NCBI GenBank assembly: GCA_051599415.1
Contig: AP039698.1
Span: forward strand, 310,001 to 374,000
DNA length: 64,000 nt
Direction of reading: 5' to 3'
From: Savitreella phatthalungensis
Taxonomy: Eukaryota
The first letter of the stretch is position 1; each line of letters starts with the position of its first letter. Of the stretch, positions 44,033 to 55,249 are shown piece after piece. Position numbers and translations under genes: made by a program. A model generated the notes under the pieces. That model was not told the origin of the DNA and did no database searches. It saw nothing but the letters and a program-made list of their open reading frames with translations.

Positions 44033-44857
44033 TCACCGACGTCGTTGAAACCGTGCTGGGACACGAGCCTTCCCTTTGCTTCCGGAGTTGCGTAGTTTCA
44101 GAGATCGATAGTTTACTGACGGCTTGCCATTCGCGACGCCTGTTGTCGTCGGCTGTGACTCCTTCTGCTGTGACGCCCGATTATTCAACTCCCTAGCCTG
44201 CTCCACACTCACAGGCTTCAACTTGACCCTCCTCGTTTGCCTCTTCAACCCTTTCTTCTTCCACTCCTTCGTCCCTTCCCCTTCCTTCTCCTCCACCTCC
44301 CTCAACGCCTCCATCGCATCCTCATCATCCTCTTCCTCCTCCTCTTCCAACTCGCACTCCAACTCACGCAACTCCCGAATAATCGTCGTCAGCGACCGCC
44401 TTTCACCACTCACCCTGCCCACACAACCACCCCGAACCCTAACCTTTTTACCACCGAGCGTCTCTCTCACCTTTGTCTCTCCATCCCCAAACAGACGCCG
44501 CCTGACACCGCCATCCGTCGTGATGGACGCCGTTCTCAGGCACGCCGGCGTCACGATATCGTCTTGTGGGTTGTTGTTGCTCACGACCTCGACCTCCGGT
44601 GGCCGCCGTTTTGGTGTGTAGGTCGCGGGAGACAGAAGGTCAAACAGGCCAACGATCTTGCCATCGCGTTGCGGCGTAGGACCTACCTCGACGCACGACC
44701 ACGCTGGTGGTGCGGCAGGCGAGGGGGACGGCGTGGGAGAGTGGGTGAAAAGGCGCTTGCGCGGTAGTGGCGACGACGATGGTGATGGAGTGGTGGAGAA
44801 GCGTTTCGATGGCGTTGAAACGGGAGTAGCGATCACTGTCGCTGGAAAGGCCGCCAT
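44033..44857 (-). CDS. SLD2: DNA replication initiation regulator Sld2/Drc1-like
   Basis: VGPTPQRDG..VGLFDLL, KKKGLKRQTRRVKLKP and NYRSLKL motifs; many S/T-P CDK sites; MCB-like sites upstream. Confidence 0.75.
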   Translation of the reverse strand: MAAFPATVIATPVSTPSKRFSTTPSPSSSPLPRKRLFTHSPTPSPSPAAPPAWSCVEVGPTPQRDGKIVGLFDLLSPATYTPKRRPPEVEVVSNNNPQDDIVTPACLRTASITTDGGVRRRLFGDGETKVRETLGGKKVRVRGGCVGRVSGERRSLTTIIRELRELECELEEEEEEDDEDAMEALREVEEKEGEGTKEWKKKGLKRQTRRVKLKPVSVEQARELNNRASQQKESQPTTTGVANGKPSVNYRSLKLRNSGSKGKARVPARFQRRR

Positions 44858-44927
44858 CGAATTGTTCTAGATGTCGTTCCAAGAAATAGGGGAGGGAAAG
44901 TCAAGAGACTGGTGGACGGGATCCTGT

Positions 44928-45016
44928 ACGCGAAACCCCGTCGCGTCTTTATCAAGGATATTACAGTCCTGTGTTTTTTTTTTGCATTTATATTTCGTCG
45001 AGTGTACGTCACGCGT
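44928..45016. promoter_or_regulatory. MCB/SCB-like G1/S elements upstream of SLD2
   Basis: ACGCGAAA at 44928, TCGCGT at 44941, ACGCGT at 45011, with a poly-T tract between them. Confidence 0.6.
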
Positions 45017-45175
45017 AAAACTGGAGGAGTATAGCTTCTCGTCAATGCACACTCAGCACGACACCAGGACGACAGATCGGATGACTTCGAGTAAGAGAGT
45101 CGGTGAGTGAGTGAGTAATGTATGCTAGACTAAGTAATCGTGCTTCGTGCTGGGTAGGTTCGTGGTCAGGGGGAG

Positions 45176-46663
45176 TCAGACATGTGTGGACGGACCTCTG
45201 GCTGAGGTGGAATTTGTGGTCGGCTTAGTCCAGAGTCCACTACTACCAGATGCGGCCGCGGTTCCGCTGTTTGAGGAGTGGCTGCTGGAGGATGGATGCT
45301 GTGGAGCGAGAGAATTGCTCCCTACGCTGTGCGAGGAGGCTGTGGACGCGTGGTCTTTTGCAGTGTCGATCGTCGAGTTCGGAGGAGCGAGCGTGCCGGC
45401 ATTGATGCCACCGCCGATGCTGTTGATCGAATCTCTGGTGCCGTTGATTTTGCCGGAAGTCGCAGAGCGGAAGTTACCGCCGCCGCCGCCGCCGCCTCCG
45501 GTAGAATGAGGTTGCGACTGTGGTGCTTGTGATTGTGGTGGATGGCTCGAGAGGGCAGCGTTAGCAAAATTGGACGGTCTCCGCACAGATACTGGCTCGT
45601 CGTCTTCTGCACCCTCAACACCCCACAGCGGATCGAGTGGAAAATCTGCGTTGAGCACGATGGCCTTGGCAGGTACGGGCGAGGTGGTCATCGCGCCGTC
45701 CATTGCCCCACCATTTTTCATCTTGTTCATAGCCTGGATGGCGTGAATGGCTGCAACGAGGGTTCTTCTTGCGTTGAAGTTGTCGCGAACCTTTGGTAGC
45801 AGATCAACACCCTGGTCCGGTGGGAACTGCTGGTGGAGGAAAGGATGTGATTGTGCCTCTTTCGATGACATTCTCTCTTTTGGGTCTACTGTCAGACACG
45901 CCCGAATGAAGTCCTTCGCGGCCTCAGAGATATCCTCCCAGTATTCCTCCGGCTCGAACGAGTAGTCTCCCGCCATGATCGCCTTCATCTCTTCCACAGA
46001 GGTGTCGCGGTCGAACGGCGTGTAGCCACACAGGAGGAAGTATGTGATGACGCCAAGTGCCCACACATCTACAGGCTTTCCGTGACCTGTCTTGTTGAAG
46101 ATTTCAGGAGCCATGTATCCTGGCGTGCCGCAGGTGGTCATGAGCACGTGCATCTGTTCCTCGTCGATGATGCGCGACAGGCCAAAGTCTGCGAGCAGGA
46201 GATCAGAATCTTCTGCCGGTGAACGGAACAAGAGATTCTCTGGTTTTAGATCCCGATGAACGATGCCGTTGTCGTGCAAGTAGCACACAGCTGCGAGGGT
46301 CGTCTTGACAATCTCCATTGCATCGGACTCGTAGTAGGATCCTTTCTTACAGATCCGGTCAAACAGCTCTCCGCCGAACGCGAGATCTGTGATGAGATAC
46401 AGGTTATTGGCAGTCTCGAAGAAATCGACGAGGGTGAGGATGTGACGGTGTCCCTGTGAGATGCGTTTGAGGACGGCAATCTCATTCCTGATCATGTGTT
46501 CACGCCCGTGCATCAGCTTCTTGTTGATGATCTTGGCAGCGTAGTATCTCCGAGTATCTGTGTGGACGCATTCTTTGACGACGGCATACGTGCCTGTGCC
46601 AAGCGTCTTGCCTACTTTGTACTTGCACGGGACGACTGTGATGTTTGGCCGTCGCGTTGTCAT
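45176..46663 (-). CDS. CMK1: Calcium/calmodulin-dependent protein kinase (Cmk1-type)
   Basis: LGTGTYAVV, HRDLKPEN, DFGLS, TTCGTPGYMAPE, and CaM-binding FNARRTL..AIHAI segment. Confidence 0.9.
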   Translation of the reverse strand: MTTRRPNITVVPCKYKVGKTLGTGTYAVVKECVHTDTRRYYAAKIINKKLMHGREHMIRNEIAVLKRISQGHRHILTLVDFFETANNLYLITDLAFGGELFDRICKKGSYYESDAMEIVKTTLAAVCYLHDNGIVHRDLKPENLLFRSPAEDSDLLLADFGLSRIIDEEQMHVLMTTCGTPGYMAPEIFNKTGHGKPVDVWALGVITYFLLCGYTPFDRDTSVEEMKAIMAGDYSFEPEEYWEDISEAAKDFIRACLTVDPKERMSSKEAQSHPFLHQQFPPDQGVDLLPKVRDNFNARRTLVAAIHAIQAMNKMKNGGAMDGAMTTSPVPAKAIVLNADFPLDPLWGVEGAEDDEPVSVRRPSNFANAALSSHPPQSQAPQSQPHSTGGGGGGGGNFRSATSGKINGTRDSINSIGGGINAGTLAPPNSTIDTAKDHASTASSHSVGSNSLAPQHPSSSSHSSNSGTAAASGSSGLWTKPTTNSTSARGPSTHV

Positions 46664-47161
46664 TGTGTGTGGGGAGTGTAGGTGGAGAGCAGGGGTTCAG
46701 GCTATTATCCGGGGTGGATCGGGCTGGAGATGGGGATGGAGAGGATGAAACAAGGTTTGGAATGCGTGGTCGTGTGATCCTGGGGTTATCAAACGAGTGT
46801 GTAGAAGAAGAGTAAGGGGCGGGTCTGACGAGCACGTTGCTGTACTGTGCTGTACTGTACTGTGCTGTGCTAGAAGGTGCCTGCGCTTGCTAAGTATTGG
46901 AGTCAGTACTAGAGATGTTGATGCTTTGCTCGGCGTTTGCTGCCTGTTGACTTGCTGGTGTACGTGAAGGGTGTAGATGGGGCAGTGCAATGCGTCACCG
47001 AGCACGTTATAGAGCGTATAGAGGACTCTGTGACTTTGCGCAGGAGGATTCGACTGCGATATGAATAGGGCTGTAGATGAATGGAGTGGTGGATGTAGTT
47101 GTCTGTGTGTGATGGAGTGACTGACTGATTGAGGGACTGGTCTAGTTGAGTGTTCAGTTGA

Positions 47162-47164
<3 letters not shown>

Positions 47165-47192
<28 letters not shown>
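47165..47192. repeat. (GT)14 microsatellite
   Basis: Perfect GT dinucleotide run. Confidence 0.95.
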
Positions 47193-47196
<4 letters not shown>

Positions 47197-47467
47197 ATAC
47201 TCTGTGTGATCTATTTTGGTTACTCAGCTAGCCATTCCGGGTGAAGTTGAAAAAGCGGCAGGATTCACCGATTGATACACATGCCCATGCAGTTGACAAC
47301 ACATACATGTACACACACACGGACAGACAGACGTGCAGGACACCACACACATTCACACTCGTCCTTGTCGTTGTGAGGTTGATCGCCAAGTGGATGCTCT
47401 TATGTACATATATCTAGCTGAAGAGGTGATGGAGTGATGCGCGTACGTGACGTGATGACTAGAGTTT

Positions 47468-49012
47468 TTACGCCTTTGACTTCTTCTCCTTCTTGTCCTT
47501 CTTCTCTTTCTTCTCCTTCTTCTCCTTCTTCTCCTTCTTCTCCGACTTGTCCTTCTTTGACTTCTTGGAGGACTCTGCCGGTGCGCTAGTCTCGGGTTCT
47601 GCGTCTGCTGCTTTGCGCTTCTTGTCCTTCTTGCTTGCTGATGGTGCTGCTGCTACTGGAGCCGCTGATGGCTGTGCTGCTGGTGCGACGTCGACGTTGA
47701 CATTGGCGAGGACAGAGTCCATGGCCTCCTTCATCGCCACAGCGTTCTTTGTAGGCGCTGCACCGGTCTCGTAGAACGCTAGACGCTCCTCGACCTGACG
47801 CTTCAAAACCTCGCCGAACTTGGTAGACGGCGTGTCTGTGAAGTTGTCGATGCGGGAGACGATGGAGATCTTGTTGGCCAGGAATCTGGAGATACGACCC
47901 TTGTTCTTCTGCCCTGCACGACCGATGAAGCTCGAGTGGTAGATAAGACCGTACTTCGGCGTGTTGCCCTTTGTTTTGAGCGCACGGAAGAGGGCTTTCT
48001 CTGCGCCGAGGATCTGAATCGTCGATGCAGGGTACTTGGAAAGGTTCGTGAGCGAGCCTGCGTGTGAGATCAATCGTGCTCCTACGATCTCACCAATCAG
48101 CTCTGCCAAGTTGGGTGCGACGACAGACATCTTGTCGACGAGGTACTTGTGTAGTCGGACACGGTAGTCGGAGAGATCGACCACGCGAGATGCAAATGTC
48201 ACAACATTCTCCATGTCTGCTTCTGAAATGTCCTGTCCCATGGAGATCTTTGCTGCGTCGATGATGCTCCGTGCGATCTCGCTGTCGTCGTTCACGTGAG
48301 CTGCAATCTCGTGCAGACGGTCGTCTGTCAAGGTCTTCTTGTCGCGGATGACCATGGCCAGCTTGGCGAAGGTCCTGTTATCGTTGACGAGCTTGACGAG
48401 TTCCGGGAAGTGCCAGGAGTACCACTCCCGCACCCGCATCGAGAACGTGTTGATGTCCTTGTCCAGCTGGTCGACGAGGGCGATGGCCTGGATGATCATG
48501 TTGTCCGATCGGTTGACGTTGAACTTGACCTTTGAGCGGGAGTACGAGTGGCCGAGACCAAGCTGAGCACGCTCCATGTCACCTGTCTGGAGCTGCTTGA
48601 GCAACTTGCCACCATGGTAGCGGACTCCGCGAAGAAGCATCTGAGCCAGCTCTCCTGCATTACCCTCGATGTGCTTGAGGTCCGTCATGATTGATCCTGC
48701 GAGATTGCGGTCTGAGACGCCTAGAACTGCCTTGTTCTTCTTGCCTGCACCGGATTTTGGGATGTTGAGCTCGAGGAAGTCCTTGAGGTATTCGTGCATG
48801 AGACCTTCAGAAACATCATTTGCATTCTCGAGTGCGTGAGCAGCATTCTTGAATGGTGCAAACGATCGCAACTTGACATACTTGCCAAACTGAGCTAGAT
48901 CCTGTAGAGACTCCTGAACCTCTTTCGTTCGTGCACCAACTTCATCTGCCTTGACGACCTCGTACAAGGAGTAACCTGTTGCGCTCTCGCTCAGCAGGTA
49001 GTCGACAGACAT
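47468..49012 (-). CDS. NOP56: Box C/D snoRNP core protein Nop56
   Basis: [60 protein letters not shown]-repeat tail. Confidence 0.97.
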   Translation of the reverse strand: MSVDYLLSESATGYSLYEVVKADEVGARTKEVQESLQDLAQFGKYVKLRSFAPFKNAAHALENANDVSEGLMHEYLKDFLELNIPKSGAGKKNKAVLGVSDRNLAGSIMTDLKHIEGNAGELAQMLLRGVRYHGGKLLKQLQTGDMERAQLGLGHSYSRSKVKFNVNRSDNMIIQAIALVDQLDKDINTFSMRVREWYSWHFPELVKLVNDNRTFAKLAMVIRDKKTLTDDRLHEIAAHVNDDSEIARSIIDAAKISMGQDISEADMENVVTFASRVVDLSDYRVRLHKYLVDKMSVVAPNLAELIGEIVGARLISHAGSLTNLSKYPASTIQILGAEKALFRALKTKGNTPKYGLIYHSSFIGRAGQKNKGRISRFLANKISIVSRIDNFTDTPSTKFGEVLKRQVEERLAFYETGAAPTKNAVAMKEAMDSVLANVNVDVAPAAQPSAAPVAAAPSASKKDKKRKAADAEPETSAPAESSKKSKKDKSEKKEKKEKKEKKEKKDKKEKKSKA

Positions 49013-49392
49013 GCTGAGAGCCGCGCTTGTAGAGGAGAGATATGAATGGAAGATATAGAGCGGTGATCGATGTGGATATAACTAGCGTCACTGCCTGGAG
49101 GATTCGATTCAGACAAGAGGGAGACCAGAGAGCGAGTGCTGTTTCTGTGGTGGTACCTTTTCTCTGGCTAGCGATGGAGGGAATTGAGAAGTTTAGAATC
49201 ATTTGTGCATTCACTCGATTCACTGACAGATTCGACGCAAATTTGACCAAGATCACGTGTATACTTATCCGAGTACACGTGAATCGGATGGATGAGTCCA
49301 GTACACATGCCGTAAGCTTGACAGTGTACGGGTGAACATCAAGAACTCAAATGATAGCACACCCTGGTGTGTAGCATTTTGTGAGATTCGGT

Positions 49393-49659
49393 ATGGTATT
49401 ACGGCAGTTTCTGACGCAGTTTGGTGCAAAGTACGTACACGATGCATTGGTCCAGTCGCCTGCGTTTCACCGGCTGGTTCAGAAGACGCATGATGCTGTG
49501 AAAGGTGTACCGAAGCAACACCGTCAGCACCTTCAACGCCATCAGAATTTCATGAGTCGGTTGGAAGATGACGAGCAGACGGTGTCGCGCAAGATGCGCG
49601 ACTTCGCTGGACTTTTCAGGGATGAGTTCATCGACAACTTCAGTAAGAAGAAGCGGTAG
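49393..49659 (+). CDS. Small Mrx7-like (putative mitochondrial) protein
   Basis: 88-aa ATG ORF with L.QSPAFHRLV.K.H motif and F...F.DE C-terminus, divergent from NOP56. Confidence 0.6.
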   Translation: MVLRQFLTQFGAKYVHDALVQSPAFHRLVQKTHDAVKGVPKQHRQHLQRHQNFMSRLEDDEQTVSRKMRDFAGLFRDEFIDNFSKKKR

Positions 49660-49900
49660 TCCCTCACCCTTTCTCTCTCTCACTCTAGAGACCCTCAGAC
49701 ATACCAAACAGACAGACATACGACGACCTGAGATCCCCTTCCACACTTTCGGAAGAGAGAGCGCTCAATGTGACGACCTGAACATACAAACCAGCTACGG
49801 CTCATGAATTGTAATTGTACAAGATATACAGACAAGACCACAAATATTTGAGAATTGCTTTTGTGTCCGTCCTGTGGATTGGGTTGTCCGTCCAGTGGGT

Positions 49901-51928
49901 TCAAAGAAGCTGAGCGCGGATGGCAGATGCCTTGCTTCGAGGCACATTATGCGTAGGTTGCAGAGTGGTGGTTGAGGTCGCGGATTTTGGATCTTCTTCT
50001 GCTTCAACTTGAGCCTTGATATGTGCGGTGAAGACTGCGACGACGTCTGCAAGTCTCGGGGTGGTGCGCTGTGGGTCTTGGACGAACGGTGCGACGACTG
50101 CCCAGATTTCCCAAACGTCTCTTGTGAGCTGGAGCGCCCCTCGCTTTGAGAACTTGTGAGTATGGACGACGACATCGACGAGCAGGTCATCACACGCGCG
50201 CATCGTAGCGTACACGAGAGCGCGCGCCCTCACGCCACCGAGCACCGAGACAACGTACCCGAACATCTGCGGCAGCAACTCCAGGAAACGAATCAGCTGG
50301 ACGCTCGCAGCCGTCGTGCTAGCTACTTGTGATGGCGGCGCCTGGTCGGATGACCACGTCTGCACTTTCGTGTAGCCACGGAGGGCGATGGTGACGAGCT
50401 CACGCTCAAGATGCGCAGTTAGCGATCTCCAGATCAACTGCCGAAGATCCAGGCAATCTTCCTCAAGACTGTCGAGCGCGCCTGTGCCGAGGTAGTCATC
50501 ACCGCTGCGGACGTAGAGCTCGAGGACGTTCCAGTCACGGAGCTTGTAGAGCAGCAGATCTGCAGAGGCGTACTGCCTACACAGACGCTGCAGACCAGGC
50601 AGACCGGCGGTGTCGACTGAAGGGAAACCGCCAGAGAAACCACGTGTGAGTCGATCAAATGCCTCTGCGCTTTCCCGTACACGTGCCAGGAATCTCTCGA
50701 CCATCGGTTGCTGGATACGCTTGAGGAACTTGCGCGCTTGAGCAGGGGAAACGACGCGGGAGAAGCGGTCAGTCATCGCCTCGAACAGCGCCACAAGTTC
50801 CGTCGTCGCCTGATTCGCCAGCACTGGATGGTCGTCCGGAGCTTCGATGTCCTGGTCGAGCTCCCATACGCCCACAGTGGCGGACGATGGCTCTGCAAGA
50901 TCGTCTCCCAACAGCTGTGTGAGCTTGGCCTGTGCAAATGCGCTCTCGCTCCCCAGCCACGCGTCAAACACATCGTCTGCCAAAATGGCCTGTGTAGTCC
51001 CTCGCCAGAGTGACCCGCCACGCTCGCACATTCCGTATCCACTGCGGAGGGCATCGTCGAAATTCTGAGCCTCGCCAATGACGTGCGAGAGCAGTGCCAC
51101 ATCCTCGAGCACGCGACCGCTTGTTGCCTGGAGCTTGGTCGCCGCGAGTGGCAAAATAGATCTGACAAATTCGTGGACGGCGTCGAGGTGGTGATTCGGC
51201 AAGCATCTGTCAACAATCTCTTGGATCTCGTCGGCCATGATTGCCTGCTTGCCTTCGATGACGCCTAGCAGATGTTTGAGAAACCATTCGGGCTTGTCCA
51301 GACGATTTGTCGGCCTGGAGCTATTGAAGTGGTAGTCGAAGCGTGTGGAGATGGATTCTGCCAGTACAGCAAAGGGGAGTAGTACATCTGGAAGCTTGGC
51401 CTCGTTGACATAGATCATCAGGCAGTCCTGCATCACTGCGGTGAAGGAAGTGTGGTCTGCCTGATCGAATTTGTCGTTTGGCCAATCGAGCTCAACCAGA
51501 ACCTTACGCAACCCAGTGCTCACCTTGTCTTCCATCTGAGACCAGAGTTGCTTCTTTGCGGCTTGTACACGTTGGATTACGTTGACCACCAAGGGTTCTT
51601 GTACATGATGCAGAAGCAAATCCTGTGCATCGCATACCTGAATGTATGCATCATAAAGCGTTGCTAGTGAGCTGTCTTTTTCGACGGTCTCAAGAGCATG
51701 AGCAACTGCGGAAAGTTGTTGGATGAATGTCTTTGCAAGATTTAGCTTTGAACGAGAATCTGCTAGCTCCTGAAGTCTCTCAATATCAACTGTGAGTTCT
51801 GTGGAGTCTTGTCTATGAGCATGATCGTGACTAGGGAATTGCAAAGCTCTGCGATGTTGTTCGAGCTGTTGTTTGAGAGCTGCCTGTTTAGAAGTCAGGG
51901 AAGAGAGGTATGCCTCGTCGACCTTCAT
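49901..51928 (-). CDS. TIP20: RINT-1/Tip20 family (Dsl1 tethering complex)
   Basis: N-terminal coiled coil, RFDYHF.S.RPTNRLDKPEW, FS..GALQL..D. Confidence 0.9.
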   Translation of the reverse strand: MKVDEAYLSSLTSKQAALKQQLEQHRRALQFPSHDHAHRQDSTELTVDIERLQELADSRSKLNLAKTFIQQLSAVAHALETVEKDSSLATLYDAYIQVCDAQDLLLHHVQEPLVVNVIQRVQAAKKQLWSQMEDKVSTGLRKVLVELDWPNDKFDQADHTSFTAVMQDCLMIYVNEAKLPDVLLPFAVLAESISTRFDYHFNSSRPTNRLDKPEWFLKHLLGVIEGKQAIMADEIQEIVDRCLPNHHLDAVHEFVRSILPLAATKLQATSGRVLEDVALLSHVIGEAQNFDDALRSGYGMCERGGSLWRGTTQAILADDVFDAWLGSESAFAQAKLTQLLGDDLAEPSSATVGVWELDQDIEAPDDHPVLANQATTELVALFEAMTDRFSRVVSPAQARKFLKRIQQPMVERFLARVRESAEAFDRLTRGFSGGFPSVDTAGLPGLQRLCRQYASADLLLYKLRDWNVLELYVRSGDDYLGTGALDSLEEDCLDLRQLIWRSLTAHLERELVTIALRGYTKVQTWSSDQAPPSQVASTTAASVQLIRFLELLPQMFGYVVSVLGGVRARALVYATMRACDDLLVDVVVHTHKFSKRGALQLTRDVWEIWAVVAPFVQDPQRTTPRLADVVAVFTAHIKAQVEAEEDPKSATSTTTLQPTHNVPRSKASAIRAQLL

Positions 51929-53086
51929 CCCAAGAACACTCGATCAAGTAAATGGCAGATGTTGGGAGGGATGGCGGGGACGAGAGGCTTTGAGTGATTG
52001 AATTGACGATGTATACGATGACCTGGATTATGGATTGCTGCAGCTTGCTCTCCCTCTCTTTGACCCTCTGTCTCAGACTCTACTATCACCCTTGGAGCTA
52101 GGATGAGTCAGAGAGCGATGCCTGTATCTGTGGTTATACCATTGGGATTGGCATGACCAGATTGATTGTGTCTATCGAGGTAGATACAGTATGTTCATCC
52201 ATGTGTCTGCACACTCATCATGTTCATATGCAAATGATATGATGATGGTCATGTCATGCATATGGAAAGTTGGTAGAGTTTCCTCCAAGTCTATTTCTGT
52301 ATGAGCGCTCATTGGTTTCTATTTGTGTTTGAGATTGATTGCTTACATGCTTGCCTGCTTGCTTGATTAAATGAGTTGGTTGGTCGGTGGAATGGCTTTT
52401 TGGGGGAAAGTTAGAGGCTGAGGGATGATTGAGTGAACATGGAATGTTTCCTAAATTAGAACTTGCCAGTACAAAATCTAATCCAGGTGAACCTGTTTTA
52501 TGACTTTTCTCTCTTCATCGGAATTTATTAGTAGATGACGTCTCACTCACATGATCGATCGATTGACTGAATTAGGACATTCTACATCAAACACGCGTAT
52601 GCGCAGCACCTCCACGTACGACATCAGCTCCAGTCACTCAACAGACCAGCCAGTGTAGCGACTGCAGCCGTTCGAGCAGATTCATAATCCAACAGCTCCA
52701 ATACTCGCTCGCTCGACAAGTAACCAGACAACAAGCAGGTCATTACAATACAGTCATTCATCTTCAGTCAATCGGACTCGGAATCAACTGCATTCAATTG
52801 ACTCGAGCTCCATTCCTTATTCCACGCGCTCCATCACACGCGGACATCCTCCTACTTCTGCAAGCAACGGCTTCCTGAGATATTAGGTACAGGCTGGTTG
52901 GGTCACGCTTGCCTTGTACCTTTTATCATCGCACTTGGCAAACTTGCATATCTCCCGGCCAACGCTGCGACGTGTTCTCAATATCTTCCTCGTGCTCCTC
53001 AGTCACTGATCCATTGTGTTCGATCAAAACCGAGGACCTCTTTCGATCTCGGACAAAATCCTTTAGGTATCAGGGTTCCGATATGC

Positions 53087-54061
53087 ATGCCTAGCACACT
53101 CGCCAGAATCACTACAAACCTTTCCCGCTGTGGATTTTACTCGAGCACGAGTTCTCCAACGCCAGCGACCATGGTCAATAAAGATAACGGCGCCTTGTCA
53201 TCACCAGAAAAGCATGATGCCCTGGACATCAGGCAAGTCTTTGATAGACTTGAGGACGAGCAAGCAGACCGCCTGGCCGAGTCACATATACCAGGAAGAC
53301 CGTACTCCTTATCAGTCGCCTACCACGCACCTTCGGGGACCAACCGATACAGCAATATCCTGCCATTTGATGAGAACCGCGTCAAATTGAAGACGCCGTC
53401 AAGAGCCGGCGGGTCAGACTATGTGAATGCATCAAGCATCACTCACTCAGCTTCTGGAACCAGCAAAAGGTGGATCGCGTCGCAGGGACCGACAGAGCGG
53501 TCTGCAGCTGATTTCTGGAATCTCGTGTGGCAAGAAGACGTGGAGATGATTGTGCAGCTGTGCAAGTTCGAGGAGCGTCTGATGTCGAAGTGCTGGCGAT
53601 ACTTGCCGCTCGAGGTGGAAGACCAGCCCATGACGTTTGTGGCGGACGCCGGGAATAGCAAGCTCAAAGTGAAGCTTCTGTTGGTCGATGATACCCAAGG
53701 AAACGAGACCCAGATTCGTGCCTTGAGACTCTGTCAAGGAGAAGTCTCGAGAACTGTGACGCACGTGCTATATCATGGCTGGCCTGATTTTGGACGTCCT
53801 TCAACCACAGCGCAACTGAGCACCCTGGTATCATTGACTCGCAAGCTTCAGAACGGGTCGACTGCGCCGCCAGTCATTCACTGCTCAGCAGGCTGTGGGC
53901 GTACAGGGACTTTCTGCGCCATGGACGTTTTGATGGACAATCCAGACCATGATCTCTACGCGCTCGTCGACAGCCTCCGCAAACAGCGGCCGTCCATGGT
54001 ACAGGCGCTCCCTCAGCTCGAGCTCCTACACGAGTATCAGCGTGAGCGTAGAGGTACATGA
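53087..54061 (+). CDS. Classical protein-tyrosine phosphatase (Ptp1/Pyp3-like)
   Basis: NRY.NILPFD.NRV, DYVNAS, WPD loop, HCSAGCGRTG, MVQ Q-loop; start at 53087 or 53171. Confidence 0.92.
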   Translation: MPSTLARITTNLSRCGFYSSTSSPTPATMVNKDNGALSSPEKHDALDIRQVFDRLEDEQADRLAESHIPGRPYSLSVAYHAPSGTNRYSNILPFDENRVKLKTPSRAGGSDYVNASSITHSASGTSKRWIASQGPTERSAADFWNLVWQEDVEMIVQLCKFEERLMSKCWRYLPLEVEDQPMTFVADAGNSKLKVKLLLVDDTQGNETQIRALRLCQGEVSRTVTHVLYHGWPDFGRPSTTAQLSTLVSLTRKLQNGSTAPPVIHCSAGCGRTGTFCAMDVLMDNPDHDLYALVDSLRKQRPSMVQALPQLELLHEYQRERRGT

Positions 54062-54533
54062 AGAGTTTTGAGTGGGACACTGAGCACTAAAAAGTCCCAC
54101 AAACCTACACGAGCGATGACGATTGTTAGCTGGCTTTAGCAGTCGCAGTATCAGCAGAAATAGCAGCAATCATGACCATGACGAAACCGATGAACACAAA
54201 CCTGTGACTTGCAGCCTTTAGCGAGACCTTATGACCCCATGAATGACACTCAAGGACAGCTGCTGGATAATCAGGCTGTAAGAGACGCCTGATAAGGACA
54301 GAGTATCAGCTAAGAAGTGGCAATTCATGCATCTGCGTGCATGTCCCATTCACATCGAATGATCCGATAAATATTGTACACCCTATCCTGCACAAGATGC
54401 ACGATCTCCGCCTAATCTTATACTGCACCTATGACTGACGTACACAATTGAAGTCAACCAGATCATTAGGAAGGTCCTCCGAGCGAGCGCGATCAGCATG
54501 ACACGACTCGGCGCCATCTGAGGTGCTCTATCC

Positions 54534-55146
54534 ATGGCTAAGCGCGGTCGTCCGCGTAAGTTCTCAGATCTCGTTCCCATTCCATCCCTCGAATAGCCCT
54601 TCTGACACTGATCATTCAGCCGGGTCAAAGAACAAACCAAAGGCGACAACCGTCCCTCGAAAGCCGTACGGATCATCGCGTCCACGAGCACAGACATCTA
54701 GTGAGAAGCAGACGCAGATTACGAGTACTGCCCGTGGAGAGCGCCTGGTGGACAAGCTTCGGTCGGAAGTGCGGTCGCGGTCGGTGGCGACGGTGGGTGT
54801 GGATGATGTTGCTGGATGGCTGGCGTGGTACAGCGGTGTTGATGGGAACGACTGGCTTGCGAGGGATGGTCACCCACATGCTTGCGTGACGCGGTTCCAC
54901 CGAGTGGAGACGTTCGGGTGTGCGACTGTCGTCGTCCCAGCCACAACCCTAGACACGCTCCCGGACACACCACACGGTTCCCTGTTCGACCTCAACAACC
55001 AGCTCTCAGAGTGTCCAGCAATCCTAGATGTATACCACTTCCACGGAGATACCCTCAAATTCATACTCACCCACGGTCATCACGTCCATCCACCACAACG
55101 ACCTCTCCAAATCCTCACCCACGCACAACACGAAGCTGGAAGGTGA
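54534..55146 (+). CDS. Spliced AT-hook protein (exons 54534-54555 and 54620-55146; 182 aa)
   Basis: GTAAGT donor at 54556, CTGAC branch at 54602, CAG acceptor ending 54619; splicing gives MAKRGRPPGSKNKPK in frame with the downstream ORF. Confidence 0.75.
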
Positions 55147-55249
55147 GATGATGATTATATACATGAATGAATTAGCTGAATGAGATGGATGCCGTAAGTG
55201 CAAGAGAAATGCATGGTAGGAGAGCATGAGAGTGACATGATGGTGAGAA

